DNA of 31,214 nt from Octopus sinensis (GCF_006345805.1 NW_021832312.1:1-31214); one strand, 5' to 3'; counted from the first letter of the stretch, positions 1-11,632 are shown. The notes: generated by a model from the sequence alone, not told the origin. Translations and numbers: made by a program.

Positions 1-160
1 TGCTAAGGAAAACCAGATACTGTTTACCGGGAAGGTTGGAAACGAGGAACTCCGAGTACTGAAAATTGGATCTTCCGTTATAAAGCATTAAAGAATACGC
101 TACGTGTATATTGAGTCCTGTAATCTATCGCTTCTGGTGAACCAACAAAGATTTATTATA

Positions 161-162
<2 letters not shown>

Positions 163-225
<63 letters not shown>

Positions 226-232
226 CATACAT
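163..232. repeat. (TA)n then (CATA)n microsatellite
   Basis: Direct reading of the sequence. Confidence 0.97.
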
Positions 233-236
233 ATAT

Positions 237-340
237 GAGGGAAACGGAAATGGAATTAGCAAGAATCTTTATTCAACACAACCATCGTTCCGATCTATTC
301 TGCAACTGACCCCTACGGGGTCGAAACGATCGTTGTGTTA
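237..340 (-). mobile_element. Probable Penelope-like terminal-repeat fragment with a short inverted duplication
   Basis: aacacaaccatcgttccga (~275-293) pairs with tcgaaacgatcgttgtgtt (~321-339) around an inner gacccc-tac-ggggtc hairpin. The minus strand reads atcgGaacgatggttgtgttgAATAAA, like a PLE tail downstream of a hammerhead GAAAC. Confidence 0.4.
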
Positions 341-429
341 AATTTCCCTAGTAATACTGCAGATTTCCTGACGTAAATCCAGTGACAATTATATCGTAAC
401 TGTAGATGACATCAGGTAGCCTAAAAGGT

Positions 430-657
430 GAAAGTGCTTTAATCAGCACACTACTAACCGTATACCCAAAGTCCAAATAATCACTTTATATGATAGATCG
501 CTAGCAACTAAACCTTTTTTTATTTTCTCTCCCTGTTTATTTCTGTGTTCCTTTCTGTGGAAGAGCGCAGGATCGAAACGTAAAAGATTTTCACACTTCC
601 CGACCGTTAAAATAATACATCTGTTTATTGTTTACACACCCGTCTGACTATATATTC

Positions 658-660
<3 letters not shown>
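430..660 (+). mobile_element. Penelope-like element 3' end: GIY-YIG C-terminal remnant plus terminal repeat
   Basis: 430-480 translates ESALISTLLTVYPKSK*, resembling the E-x3-I-x2-L-x-T-x2-P-x-GLN end of PLE GIY-YIG endonucleases. A degenerate minimal hammerhead follows at 551-587. Confidence 0.65.
551..587 (+). ncRNA. Degenerate minimal type I hammerhead motif (PLE-associated)
   Basis: CUUU-CUGUGGA-A-GAGC GCAG GAUC-GAAA-CG-UA-AAAG. Stem I is CUUU/AAAG and stem III is the palindromic ACGU. The core A6 is mutated. Confidence 0.5.
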
Positions 661-691
<31 letters not shown>

Positions 692-695
<4 letters not shown>

Positions 696-966
696 GGGTT
701 CAGTAAAATAAATTTACTTTACCACACACCGAACTTTTAGAAATAGCAGCCCAAAAATTTTAGCTATTTCCTCTACTATAAAAAAAGTCTCCCAGACAAT
801 GTATACTCAAAAATAATTCACGCAGGTATAGAGGGAAAATAACGAAAGATCAGACATACATCGATTACTTGAGAACGCCATTTCTGGATTAGTTGGATAT
901 AGAGATCAACATTTCCGTCATCAGCCCAAGATTTCTTAGGTTTGAATTTGAGAGCACTAAAAATCG

Positions 967-968
<2 letters not shown>
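692..968 (-). mobile_element. Penelope-like element 3' end (GIY-YIG tail, hammerhead, pseudo-LTR tail)
   Basis: The minus strand encodes ...LKFKPK just before a hammerhead (868-930). The tail 695-800 (agggttcagtaaaataaatttacttt...agaaatagcagc) is homologous to the arms of the 19991-20341 palindrome. Confidence 0.7.
868..930 (-). ncRNA. Type I hammerhead ribozyme
   Basis: CUUGGG-CUGAUGA-CGGA..GUUG/CAAC..UCCA-GAAA-UGGCG-UU-CUCAAG. The core is intact, stem I is 6 bp and stem III is short. The stem II closing pair is a C-A mismatch. Confidence 0.72.
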
Positions 969-969
<1 letters not shown>

Positions 970-1036
<67 letters not shown>

Positions 1037-1274
1037 TATATATACATATATATAGTCTGACAATATATACTCACTATATATATATATATATATACGTATA
1101 TGTAAATATATACATACTCATCTATGCACGTGTGCTCATTATGGTTGCATAACGAAATACAGTGTCCCTACCAACAATTTGTATGTATTTATGTATGTAA
1201 ACATGCATGTATGTACGTTTGTATAATGCATTTATCTATGTATACAATATATATATATAGTATTTATCTATGTT

Positions 1275-1335
<61 letters not shown>
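970..1335. repeat. (TA)n-rich microsatellite tracts (970-1052, 1074-1094, 1279-1335)
   Basis: Direct reading; source of the YIYIYI ORFs. Confidence 0.95.
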
Positions 1336-1337
<2 letters not shown>

Positions 1338-1567
1338 AAGGCGACTTGCTGCCAGAATCGTTAGCACACCGGGCGAAATGCTTCGCGGTATCTTGTCTAC
1401 CGTTACGTTCTGAGTTCAAATTTCGCCGAGGTCGACTTTACCTTTCATCCTTTCGGGGTCGATTAAAGAAGTACCAGTTACGCACTGGAGTCGATCTAAT
1501 CGACTTAATCCCTTTGTCCTTGTTTGTCACCTCTATATTTATCCCCTTGTGGGCAATAAAGAAATAA
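1338..1567 (+). mobile_element. tRNA-derived SINE, group A (young tail)
   Basis: Head aaggcg..ctg(g/c)cagaatcgttagc (A box) and gagttcaaattt (B box); body cctttcatcctttcggggtcgat; tail ccccttgtgggcaataaagaaata. Many copies in the window. Confidence 0.9.
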
Positions 1568-1726
1568 ATATATATATATATATGTGTGTGTATGTGTGTA
1601 TTTTATGTAGGTAGATAGGTATGTATGTTATATATGCATGCATATTATGCGTGTGTTATCATAGTTTCCATGCTGCACGTGCTATGACTGTCGACTGCAC
1701 CACGTGCCTTCGTCAAATTTTGCATA

Positions 1727-1993
1727 TAAGGCGGTGAGCTGGCAGAATATATACATATAAGGCGGCGAGCTGGCAGAATCGTTAGCACGTCAGGCGAAAT
1801 GCTTAGCGGTATTTCGGCTGCCGTTACGTTGTGAGTTCAAATTCCGCCGAGGTCGACTTTGCCTTTCATCTTTTCGGGGTCGATAAATTAAGTACCAGTT
1901 ACGCACTGGGGGCGATATAATCGACTTAATACCTATGTCTGTCCATGTTTGTCCCCTCTATGTTTAGCCCCTTGTGGGTAACAAAGAAATAGG
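1727..1993 (+). mobile_element. SINE group A inserted in the mariner, preceded by a duplicated ~22-bp head (1727-1749)
   Basis: taaggcggtgagctggcagaat is repeated before a full copy at 1759-1993. Confidence 0.92.
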
Positions 1994-2439
1994 TAGATCT
2001 CATACCGACGCCCCCAGAAATGCTTGTAGGTTGAACACATGCATTTGAGTGGCATGCTCGTTTCAAGGTCCTTCGATGACGAGTGATCCAGACGACCAAT
2101 AATTTGCAAACACACACACAAAAGCAAGTTGGAGAATTCGTGAAGCAATCCATGGGGAACATCACTGAATATTCCATTAATTTTCTCTCCCTGACTGCAA
2201 TCAGTAATGGAACCTGCCAGGAGATTCTCTTAAAAGATCGTATTTCTTAGAAGTCTGTCTCCTTTCCCCGAGAATGTGACATTCGATCGAAAAGTGTGAC
2301 GTCATGATATATGCTTTGTACCAAGTGAGGCACGAGTGAGATATCTGGGTGCGGGTGTTTAGACGACGATGATTTGACACGGCTGACTGAACATAGGACC
2401 TATTTTGGCGACAGCGCGATTTAGAGCTGTAGGCATACC

Positions 2440-2550
2440 CCCCTCTCTCTCTCTCTCTCCCTCTCATACACACTCTGTCTTCCTCTCTTTGTGTGTCATA
2501 CACATACACACTTACGTACACGCGCGCACACACACACATACGCACACGCA
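2440..2550. repeat. (CT)n/(CA)n low-complexity insert within the mariner
   Basis: Direct reading. Confidence 0.85.
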
Positions 2551-3296
2551 CAAAAATAGGGCTGCAGAAATATAGATATACAGGTAGAGAGAGCGGGGTG
2601 GAGCGAGAACGAGAGGAATAATTGAATATCAAAAAAGTCAGCGTCGAATTATTGTTGTTGTTGCTTTGCTTTTCGAATTTTAGGTGTTCAGTGAGGCTTC
2701 ATTCTGCTCTCCAGTATTGATGAATTTCATATTTTTACAGTAAGTTTTTCAGATACTTGAGCCGTGAGAAAAAAGACATGCTATGTCTGCAGATGTTTTT
2801 TGCATCATAAGAAAGCGCCCACTCAAATCCCTGCCTCACAGAGCGATGCAGTTTTTGACAAAGAACAAAATATCCATCGCTCCACACTTTCTCTTTACTT
2901 AAGCTCTATCCCTTCTGGATCGCCTTAAAGGATATGCACAATGGGTAATTGGCCAAGGAGCCTGCGGACTTAGGGCCAATTCTGACCTATTCATGTTGTG
3001 GCTTGCTGTTGATAAATAAATACTATAGAGTCAATGCATTGATTTAACCAGGGGCATGCAGTTGTGCTAAGGTAGATCTGCTATCTGTAACTTTTCTGTG
3101 TTATCCAAGCTGAAATGCAGTTGAGAAACGGTACATGAAATTTAAACTGTATCACAAATTATATTCGACGGCTTCAAGAGGGGGATTTCCATAGAGATTT
3201 GGAGGAGTGGAAGACGACCCTCTTGGGTCACTGTTTTACGTTCCTAAGAAGAATATTTCGAATGATGGTGAAACCCCATAGCGTTTTTTCCCCTTT

Positions 3297-3325
3297 TTGA
3301 TAAAAGGTTTTACCCGAAACGTCGG
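3297..3325 (+). ncRNA. Highly degenerate minimal hammerhead-like motif
   Basis: UUGAUAA-AAGG UUUUA CCC-GAAAC-GUC-GG, similar to the motif at 23326-23356. The core is mutated. Confidence 0.35.
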
Positions 3326-4291
3326 ATCCCTTTCTTTTACTCCCCTTGGCGTTTTGAGCTTGAGTCTACTTATAGAGAAGCGAAACGAAATAGGAGAGTT
3401 TGTTTTTATGTAATATTTAGATACATACACACACCCACACACTCACTCATTCACTCTCTCTCACACACACATATACACACACACACGTGTCTGTAGTTTT
3501 TTAGTGGTTAAGTGCTGTTTGTAAGATACTAATGGTTTCATACCATACATTTCGCAATTATTAAGTCGTAGTTTGTTAGCGGGACACATAAGTGGGACAC
3601 AGCTTAATGCTTGCGTCTGCGAACTTGTGTGGTGTATGGTAGAGTCAGGAAGAATGTAAAAATGAGAGATGGAGAAAGATGGAATGTGAGAAAAGGAGAG
3701 ACAGAAGGTGAAATGGGAGAAATCTCCACTAATGCTATCTAAGGATCAAAGGACATTTTTCCCACAACAGGAAGGAAAATATAAACCAAGAGGAGAAAGA
3801 AAGAGAGAGAGAGAGTGATATGAGTGAGGGGGAAACTTGTGTGTGTTTGAGAGATTAAAAGACAAAGAGGGAAGTGAAATGACATGGGGAGTGGTAGGGT
3901 GATAAGAGGCGATAGCTTTTCCTGTGGGAGTGGCAAAGAGAATTTGTAAGAACGAATTTGGAATTGAAATAGCTTTGGAAAGTGGCGTTAACCGGAAGTA
4001 AAAAGGTGTGACAGGTGAAGGAAGGTGAATGTGGGTTGTTGAAGGGACTGTAGCAAATGTAAAAAGTAGAAATAAAGGGAGGGGAGAAAGAGGAAAGGTG
4101 TGAGGAATTGGAAAGAAATTACTGAAACTAAAGTTTAAAATGAAAGACGATGACTCATAGAGGAGAAAAGAAGAAAATATCATAACAGGTTTAAGAAAGG
4201 AAGGGAGGAAGGAAGGAAGGAAGAAAGAAAAGAAAAAGGAAGAAAGAAAGGAGGAAAATAAGAAGGAAAGAGACCAAGAAAATGTATAGGA

Positions 4292-4293
<2 letters not shown>

Positions 4294-4344
<51 letters not shown>

Positions 4345-4538
4345 AGTAGTAGTAGTAGAAGAAGAAGAAGAAGAAGACGAAGAAGAAGACGAAGAAGAAG
4401 AAGACGAAGAAGAAGAAGAAGTAGAAGAAGAAGAAGAAGAAGAGAAGAAGAAGAAGAAGAAGAGAAGAAGAAGAAGAAGAAGAAGAAGAAGAAGAAGAAG
4501 AAGAAGAAGAAGAAGAAGAAGAAGAAGAAGAAGAAGAA
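4294..4538. repeat. (GTA)n followed by (GAA)n trinucleotide microsatellite
   Basis: Direct reading; source of the 278-aa poly-S/F/T ORF. Confidence 0.97.
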
Positions 4539-4814
4539 ATTAATATTGCTGATGATGAGGGGGCGGTATGGTTAGGAGACACGCAACAGTCTCAGATTTC
4601 TTTAAATGGAACTGGACAAAAGAATAACGGTTTCAAGATGTTTCCAGAAAGACATAGGATCGGTATCGGGTCACAGACAGACTTTGATAAATTTGTAGAA
4701 CGATGTATTTGATTTTTCACAGTCGTAGATGTTAATGGAACCACGTTACGTATGGATTGTTTCATATGACAGGAGCTGGATTGAACTCGTCGCACGGAAA
4801 AAAAAACTTGCTTC

Positions 4815-5260
4815 TGGAAAGGAGCTAATCACTAGAAACGAAACTCTCCACTTGTACAGGGTTGGGAGTATAATTTCCTATTGGAGAAGAGTATAACGCT
4901 TTTAAAGGAGTTCGCCCCTGGACAAAAAATTGTCATTGAAGAAGAAATACCAATTTTTGAATTAACTTGCCACTGGAGCTCTCCGCGGAACAGGAAGTCG
5001 CCACTGAAGAGAAATACGAGACTGTAAATGAAGATTCCACTGGAGAAGAATATAACACTTTCAAAGGAGCTCACCATGGGACAGGAAGTCGCCACTGAAA
5101 ATAAATACCAGACTTCAAATGAAGTTACCAGTGAAGAGGAATATCACACTTTTAACAGGACTCACCACAGGACAGGAAGTCGCCACTGTAAAGAAACACG
5201 AGACTTTATAAAAGAAGTCACAGTTAGAAGAGAACTGAATTTTGCCGACAAATATAGATA
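4815..5260 (+). repeat. Imperfect 91-bp minisatellite built from ~18-bp subunits
   Basis: caggaagtcgccactg occurs at 4991, 5082 and 5173 (period 91), with a degenerate shorter unit at 4923. Confidence 0.85.
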
Positions 5261-5621
5261 GTATTCTAGCTTCGAATTGTAATGAGTATAATTACGTCAC
5301 ACAGTCTCTGTTTCAATCTTGCTGGATTGATTTAAGGATGTAGAAAGTTTTTCAGTCTAAAATTGTAGCATTGTCTGTTTGAAAACAAAGCACTGAAAGG
5401 TACCAAAGTATTGTTTTGAGTCAAAAGTTTTGGAATATTTTGGTAACTTAGTTGCTTCCTTCTTCAAGTTACCACAAAAGTAGCCTACCATCGTGTTGCG
5501 CTGTCTGAAGCCAGCTTTTTGATCTCACACTGATATCAGTTCTTCTCCTTTGAGACGAACTCCTTCATTGAAGCTTACGAGCGCAGGAAGTGAACCACAG
5601 GTTAGCAAAGAAGGTAGCAAA

Positions 5622-6142
5622 ATATTCGTTTCTGCTCTAGGCACAAAGGCACGAAATTTTTAGGGTGAGGTCCATTCGATTTGATCGACACCCAGTACAC
5701 AACTGGTGCTTAATTTATCGACCCCGAAAGGATGAAAGGCAAAATCGACCTCAGTGGAATTTGATCTCAGAACATAAAGACAGATGGAACACCGCTAAGC
5801 ATTTCGCCCAGCGTGCTAACGTTTCTGCAAGCTTGCTGCCTTTAAATATAAATATTCTTTTCTACTCTAGCTAGGCACAAGGCTCGAAATTTTAGGGAGA
5901 AGTCCAGTCGATTAGATCGGCCCCCAGTAAACAACTGGTGCTTAATTTATCGACCCCGAAAGGATGAAAGGCAAAGTCGACCTCAGTGGAATTTGATCTC
6001 AGAAAGTAAAGACAGTCGAAACACCGCTAAGCATTTCGCTCGGCGTGCTAACGTTTCTACCAGCTCGCCACCGTAATTTTATAAGAGGACTATATTCTTT
6101 TCTACTCTAGGCACAAGGCCCGAAATTTTGGGTGAGGGAGCT
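5622..6142 (-). mobile_element. Tandem SINE group A copies (5622-5843, 5851-6073) plus tail fragment (6092-6142)
   Basis: Reverse-complement A body (atcgaccccgaaaggatgaaaggcaaa) with an alternative tail tattcttttctactctag..gcacaagg. Confidence 0.9.
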
Positions 6143-6179
6143 AAACAGAATAGATATTAATTCTACAGTACCGTACTGC

Positions 6180-6400
6180 GTGAAAGCGCATGGTTTAGTG
6201 GTTAGAGTGTTGTAATCATCATCACAAGATTGCAGTTTCGATTCCCAGAAAACATTTCATTTTACATTGCTCTGGTCCAATCAGCTGTATAGAGTAATTC
6301 CTCGATGTATTAGCGTCCAGTTCAGGGCGAATGTTGTGATCCCGGCCATGAAAACCGGGTAAGCGGCCCTATGAGTCCTAACACTTGAGACAATATCTAC
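6180..6400 (+). mobile_element. Degenerate SINE group C
   Basis: gcgcatggtttagtggttagag..gtttcgattccc head and ggccatgaaaaccgggtaagcggccctatgag tail, homologous to 7238-7485. Confidence 0.75.
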
Positions 6401-6542
6401 TTACCGTAACTGTTTATAATGGTGCTTCTTTTTCTTCCTGTTTGCTGCTAGTGGGACTGAACTCGTGACCAGAAAGATACGTGATTTCAGTGGTTTAGGC
6501 ATAATTTTATGGTGTAAAATAACGCTGCAATGCGTGGCTCTC

Positions 6543-6946
6543 TTACTCTCTTTTTACTTGTTTCAGTCATTTGACTGTAGCCATACTGGAGCACCGCCTT
6601 TAGTCGAGTAAATCGACCCAGGACGTATTCTTTGTAAGCCTAATACTTATTCTATCGGTCTCTTTTGCCGAACCGCTAAGTTACGGGGACGTAAACACAC
6701 CAGCATCGGTTGTCAAGCGATGTTGGAGGGACAAACACAGACACAAAAACATGCACACACACATATATATATACATATATACGACGGGCTTCTTTCAGTT
6801 TTCAGTCTACCAAATCCATTCACAAGATTTTTGGTCGGCCCGAGGCTGTAGTAGAAGACACTTGCCCAAGGTTCCACACAGTGGGACTGAACCCGGAACC
6901 ATGTTGTTGGTAAGCAAACTACTTACCACGCAGCCACTCCTACGGC
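6543..6946 (-). mobile_element. tRNA-derived SINE, group B (full length, internal microsatellite)
   Basis: Reverse complement of ggagtggctgcgtggtaagtag..gggttcagtccc..ttgggcaagtgtcttc..ggcggtgctccag..atgactgaaacaagtaaa. Confidence 0.9.
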
Positions 6947-7237
6947 TCAAGACTTTAGATCTTGAGGAAATGAAACAAATATTCTTTTTGTGAAACGAAA
7001 AAAGCTTTTAACTAATTGGGTTCATAATTCATAAGAACTGGGAATGGAAAATATAAGCATAGGATTTGCGACAAAATTAGTGATGTCAAAAGAATTTAAA
7101 TAATGTCACACGTAGTTGACTCTTACCCTGCTGTACTCGTCTTGTTGAGAAAGTATTTCTAATATATAACAAGTGCCAAGACATAAATGACTGTCCCACG
7201 CAAATATCTAGTGATACGGTTATATAGTATATCAACG

Positions 7238-7485
7238 TGGAGGCGCGTGGCTTAGTGGTTAGGGTGTCAGCATCATGATCGTAAGATTGTGGTTTCGATT
7301 CCTGGACCGGGCGACGCGTTGTGTTCTTGAGCAAAACACTTCATTTCACGTTGCTCAGTCCACTCAGCCGGCAAAAATGAGTAACGCTGCGATGGCCTGG
7401 CGTCCCGTCCAGCTGGGTAACACATACGCCATTGAAACTGGAAACCGGGCCCATGAGCCTGGCTAGACTTTAAAAGGGCGCATTT
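7238..7485 (+). mobile_element. tRNA-derived SINE, group C (head type 1)
   Basis: A box tggcttagtgg, B box ggtttcgattcc; tail gagtaacgctgcgatggcctggcgtcccgtccagctggg..gggcccatgagcctggctag. Confidence 0.88.
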
Positions 7486-7491
7486 ATTTTT

Positions 7492-7812
7492 GTAGAGGTG
7501 CAATGGCCCAATGGTTAGGGCAGCGGACTCGCGGTCGGAGGATCGCGGTTTCGATTCCCAGACCGGGCGTTGTGTGTGTTTATTGAGCGAAAACAGCCAA
7601 AGTTCCACGAGGCTCCGGCAAGGGATGGTGGCGACCCTTATTGTATTCTTTCGTTCCAGCTTTCTTTCAATCTTTCTTCCTGCTTCTTGAGTAACGCTGC
7701 GATGAACTGGCGTACCGTTCAGCTGGGGGGAACACATACGCCACAGAAACCGGGAAACCGGGCCCATGAGCCTGGCTAGGCTTGAAAAGGGCGTATAAAT
7801 AAATAAATAAAT
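7492..7812 (+). mobile_element. tRNA-derived SINE, group C (head type 2, tRNA-Arg-like) ending in (TAAA)n
   Basis: Head tggcccaatggttagggcagcggactcgcggtc..ggtttcgattccc; the same 3' ~110 bp as 7238-7485. Confidence 0.88.
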
Positions 7813-7853
7813 AAGAGTATATCAACAGTAATATTATATTTGCTAACATATAT

Positions 7854-8310
7854 GTGCAGGTATGGCAATGTTGTTAAGAAGTTCACTTCGTAACCCCTTG
7901 GTTTCCAGTTCAGTCCCACTGCGTGGCACCATGAGCAAACATTTTCTACTATAGCCCCGGGGATGACCAATGCTTTATCAGTGAATTTCGTAGACAGAAA
8001 CCGTGTAGATGCCTATTGTGTGTGTGTTTGTTTGTTTGTGTGTGTATGTGTGTGTGTATATGTGTGTCTTTGTGTGTGTCTTTGTGTGTGCGTATGTGTG
8101 TTTGCCCCACCATCACGTGAAAGCCGGTACTGTTTTCTTCGTCTCCGTAACCTAGCGGGTCGGCGAAAGAGAACGATAGAACAAGTGCTAAATTTTAAAA
8201 CAATAAGTAAGGGATTCGATTTGTTCGACTAGACCCCTCAAGGACCCTGGGATACTGCCTTGAGGGAGTGACCTATTATGGTTGCAGTCCAATCACTGAA
8301 ACAAATATAA
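7854..8310 (+). mobile_element. SINE group B, diverged
   Basis: gttcagtcccactgcgtggcacc..tagacagaaac..(TG)n..gcagtccaatcactgaaacaa. Confidence 0.85.
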
Positions 8311-8326
8311 CAGCATAGATCCCACT

Positions 8327-8745
8327 ATATAATTATAAAGGATATCAACAATATGTGATATCATATCCAACGCAACTATCCAACGGTATAATTATAAAAT
8401 ATATCAACTATAATTATCATATTATCTAACAGATATCCAGGGATCTAATTATATTGAATATGATCAGCTATTAATATGATATCATCCATCACATACGCGA
8501 AGATACAAATATAGAGGATGTCAGCAAAAATATCATATCGTTCATCACATATTCAACGAAATATCTGCATTTTTTTAGCAATTATATATAGTATATAAGT
8601 ATATTATATAATATGGTGAAATATATAGTATATTAACAGTTAATATATCACATATCCTCCAGCACATATCTACTAATGATATAGGCTATATCAATATCAA
8701 TATTAGGTTATCCAACACATAATTATCAATATAATTATAAGTGAT
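8327..8745 (+). repeat. Degenerate ~57-60-bp AT-rich minisatellite
   Basis: Recurring tataattata..atatcaac..atatcat..atccaac units. Confidence 0.6.
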
Positions 8746-9024
8746 AATTTGTATATAGGTTACATAAATGATGGCTGGCTGACTGGTTAGTTTCTCTAGT
8801 CGCGCTTTACATCGTATCGAGAGGAGAAAAAGAGTAAAAGAGAGATACAGAAAGAATTAAGATAAGAATTACAGGATGAATGCATATACTGGGCTTGGTT
8901 GCAGGCAATGAGTAAAGAAACACTACACACATATGATGAGAGAGAGACAGACAGAAAATCATAGACACAGAAGAGGGTCCGGTCATTAAGTATCTATGTA
9001 TTCAATTAATGGATTTCAGAAGAA

Positions 9025-9235
9025 CGGGAAAATGGTAGATTCGCTAAACCGTCGAAAGCAATGCTTTGCAGTATTAGTTCCAGCGCTAAACATTCTGAGT
9101 CCAAAAAACACCCCCCCGGTCAAATTCAAGTTTTATTCCTCCAATATTTACAAAATAAACTACCAGTCAAGTATTCAGGTCAGTTGCTTCCGGCACAAAA
9201 CTTCAAATAAAAGTTTTGGCTTTTACTGTCGTTAA
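9025..9235 (+). mobile_element. Old, diverged SINE group A
   Basis: tggtagattcgctaa..aatgctttgcagtatt..cattctgagtccaaa..aaaataaactaccagtcaagta. Confidence 0.6.
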
Positions 9236-9383
9236 AAATTTTTTAAAAAAAACTATTCTATGGGTTCCATTTAGAATTTGGTTAATTTAGGGATCTACCT
9301 CCAAGAATTTTAGCCGACATTATAAGTTCCAGGAGTTAGTTGTTATACTAATCTTGGAAGAAGAAAAGACAAAATCGGATATA

Positions 9384-9385
<2 letters not shown>

Positions 9386-9431
<46 letters not shown>

Positions 9432-9537
9432 TATACATACATATACATATATAATATATATGTATGCATATATACGTATATATATATATATATACATATA
9501 TGTATGTATGTATGTATGTATACACACAGACACACAT

Positions 9538-9590
<53 letters not shown>
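9386..9590. repeat. (TA)n/(TATG)n/(CA)n compound microsatellite
   Basis: Direct reading. Confidence 0.95.
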
Positions 9591-9593
<3 letters not shown>

Positions 9594-10027
9594 ATATCAT
9601 ATTGTCTAACCACTATTCATCAGTGATAATAAAGTTTCTCACGATATCGACAGTAAGTAGATATCAGATTTATTATCGACTGTGTATTTTTGTTTGTTTA
9701 TTTTACTTGTCTGGGATTTATTACGACGGGTGGGTGGGGGAGCGTTGGGTGGTTTATTTCATTTTTAAAAATATTAAAAAATAACACAATAATTAAGAGG
9801 ATGGGTAAGTAAATACTTATGGATAATCTAGAGACCAAATATTCGAATCATGTTGCATATCCGGTTCCGGACTAAGCTGCTCTGATGTCATAGATACTTT
9901 TTTGTGTTTTTTTGTTGTTATTATTTATTTATTTTTTTTTTTTTTTTTTTTTACGCATTTTTAAGAAAGGATATACTGATGTGGTTTCCATTTCCGTATA
10001 TTATATATGTATTTGTAAGTATACGAA

Positions 10028-10460
<433 letters not shown>

Positions 10461-10759
10461 TATATGTACAAATACATAATACATATTTAATATAGAAGAT
10501 CTCACGTCTACGTATACATGTAGAAGAACGCTTATTCCATGCCTATTCCAGGCCTACCTACATATACATACGTGTGAATTAGTCATGGGACACCTTATGT
10601 TGTAATGAAAATCTTTAAAACGGTTGATGACTATGTAAAAAAAAACCCTGCGGATTTGTTATGCATATTATTTGCACATATGTTGTCTATCTTTACCGCT
10701 ATAGAAGCACCAATGTTTATAGTTTAGCCATTAAATTTAACTGAAACATATCTGTATTA

Positions 10760-10791
10760 TGATTATTATGATAATAATAATAATAATAATC

Positions 10792-10825
<34 letters not shown>

Positions 10826-10848
10826 TGATAGTAATAATAATAATAACC

Positions 10849-10879
<31 letters not shown>

Positions 10880-10887
10880 TGATGATG

Positions 10888-10954
<67 letters not shown>

Positions 10955-10959
10955 TGATG

Positions 10960-11042
<83 letters not shown>

Positions 11043-11052
11043 AAGAAGAAGA
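10760..11052. repeat. (ATA)n with (ATG) interruptions followed by (AGA)n
   Basis: Direct reading; source of the poly-I/Y/R ORFs. Confidence 0.97.
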
Positions 11053-11632
11053 GGGAACTGCAGCAATAATAAACACTACGTATGAATTAGAGAATTACCA
11101 ATGGGACATTTAAAAAGTAAAGCTATAAACGAAATGCGCTTAACTTCCGAAAATTTCTTCATTAAAAACGAATAGTTCTACGACGCAGCAGCCATTTTAA
11201 ATTTGTTTATTTATTTATTTATTTATCAATTATATTTATTTGTTTATCTATCTGTTTGTTTGTTTATTTGTTTTAATTTACCTTTACTGTTTTGGCCAAA
11301 GATAAAAGTAATTTTGACGTGTCGAACTTATAAGAAGATCGTTTTCATATATTTCATTTGAAACTATAATTTTTTTTCTTTTAACTGATGTTTAAATAAG
11401 TATTTCTCCTCTGTTTTGTTTCTTATTATGCTTTTTAATGAGCTAATTTACCTACGTCTAAATTAATAATTAAAAGTAAATACTCTGGTGAATTAATGAA
11501 GCCATATTAATCACCTAAAAATGGTTCTCCTCCAACTAAATAGTTTTTATATTTCTTTAACAACAAATAGAACTGGGCAACGCCTTGCAGGAAAAAAACA
11601 CAACGTAAACACGCTTTCTCTTCATACCAATG

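Larger units (their letters stand above)
1684..3272 (+). pseudogene. Degenerate, near full-length mariner (Tc1/mariner) transposase interrupted by insertions
   Basis: Colinear decayed motifs: RAFVKFC (1703), AFEWHARFK..DDE*SRRP (2041-2098), SNGTCQEIL (~2203), TFDRKV*RHDIC (~2279), TADE.W-like first catalytic Asp (~2378), FYSKFFRYL (~2733), LHHKKAP..QFLTKNKISIAPH (~2800-2887), DL.ICNFSVLSKLK (~3075), DFHRDLEEWK..HC..EEYFE (~3184-3262). Many stops and frameshifts. Confidence 0.85.

Noticed and set aside
1-160. Possible additional PLE tail at the window start
   Set aside because: No recognisable core motif and truncated by the window edge.
2297-2304. Perfect CRE palindrome TGACGTCA as a promoter element
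   Set aside because: It lies inside the decayed mariner frame, likely CGA to TGA CpG decay of an Arg codon, and has no promoter context.
3746-4582. Longest ORF (278 aa, minus strand)
   Set aside because: Produced by (TTC)n/(TAC)n repeats and a pyrimidine-rich tract.
4991-5190. CRISPR-like regularly spaced repeats
   Set aside because: The intervening sequences are homologous to one another (tandem repeat), the context is eukaryotic and there are no cas genes.
7238-7570. tRNA genes
   Set aside because: A and B boxes are present but run into SINE bodies, with no clean acceptor stem or poly-T terminator; these are SINE heads.
9605-9650. CUGAUGA and GAAAC on the minus strand as a hammerhead
   Set aside because: The spacing leaves no room for stem I and no stem II closes.
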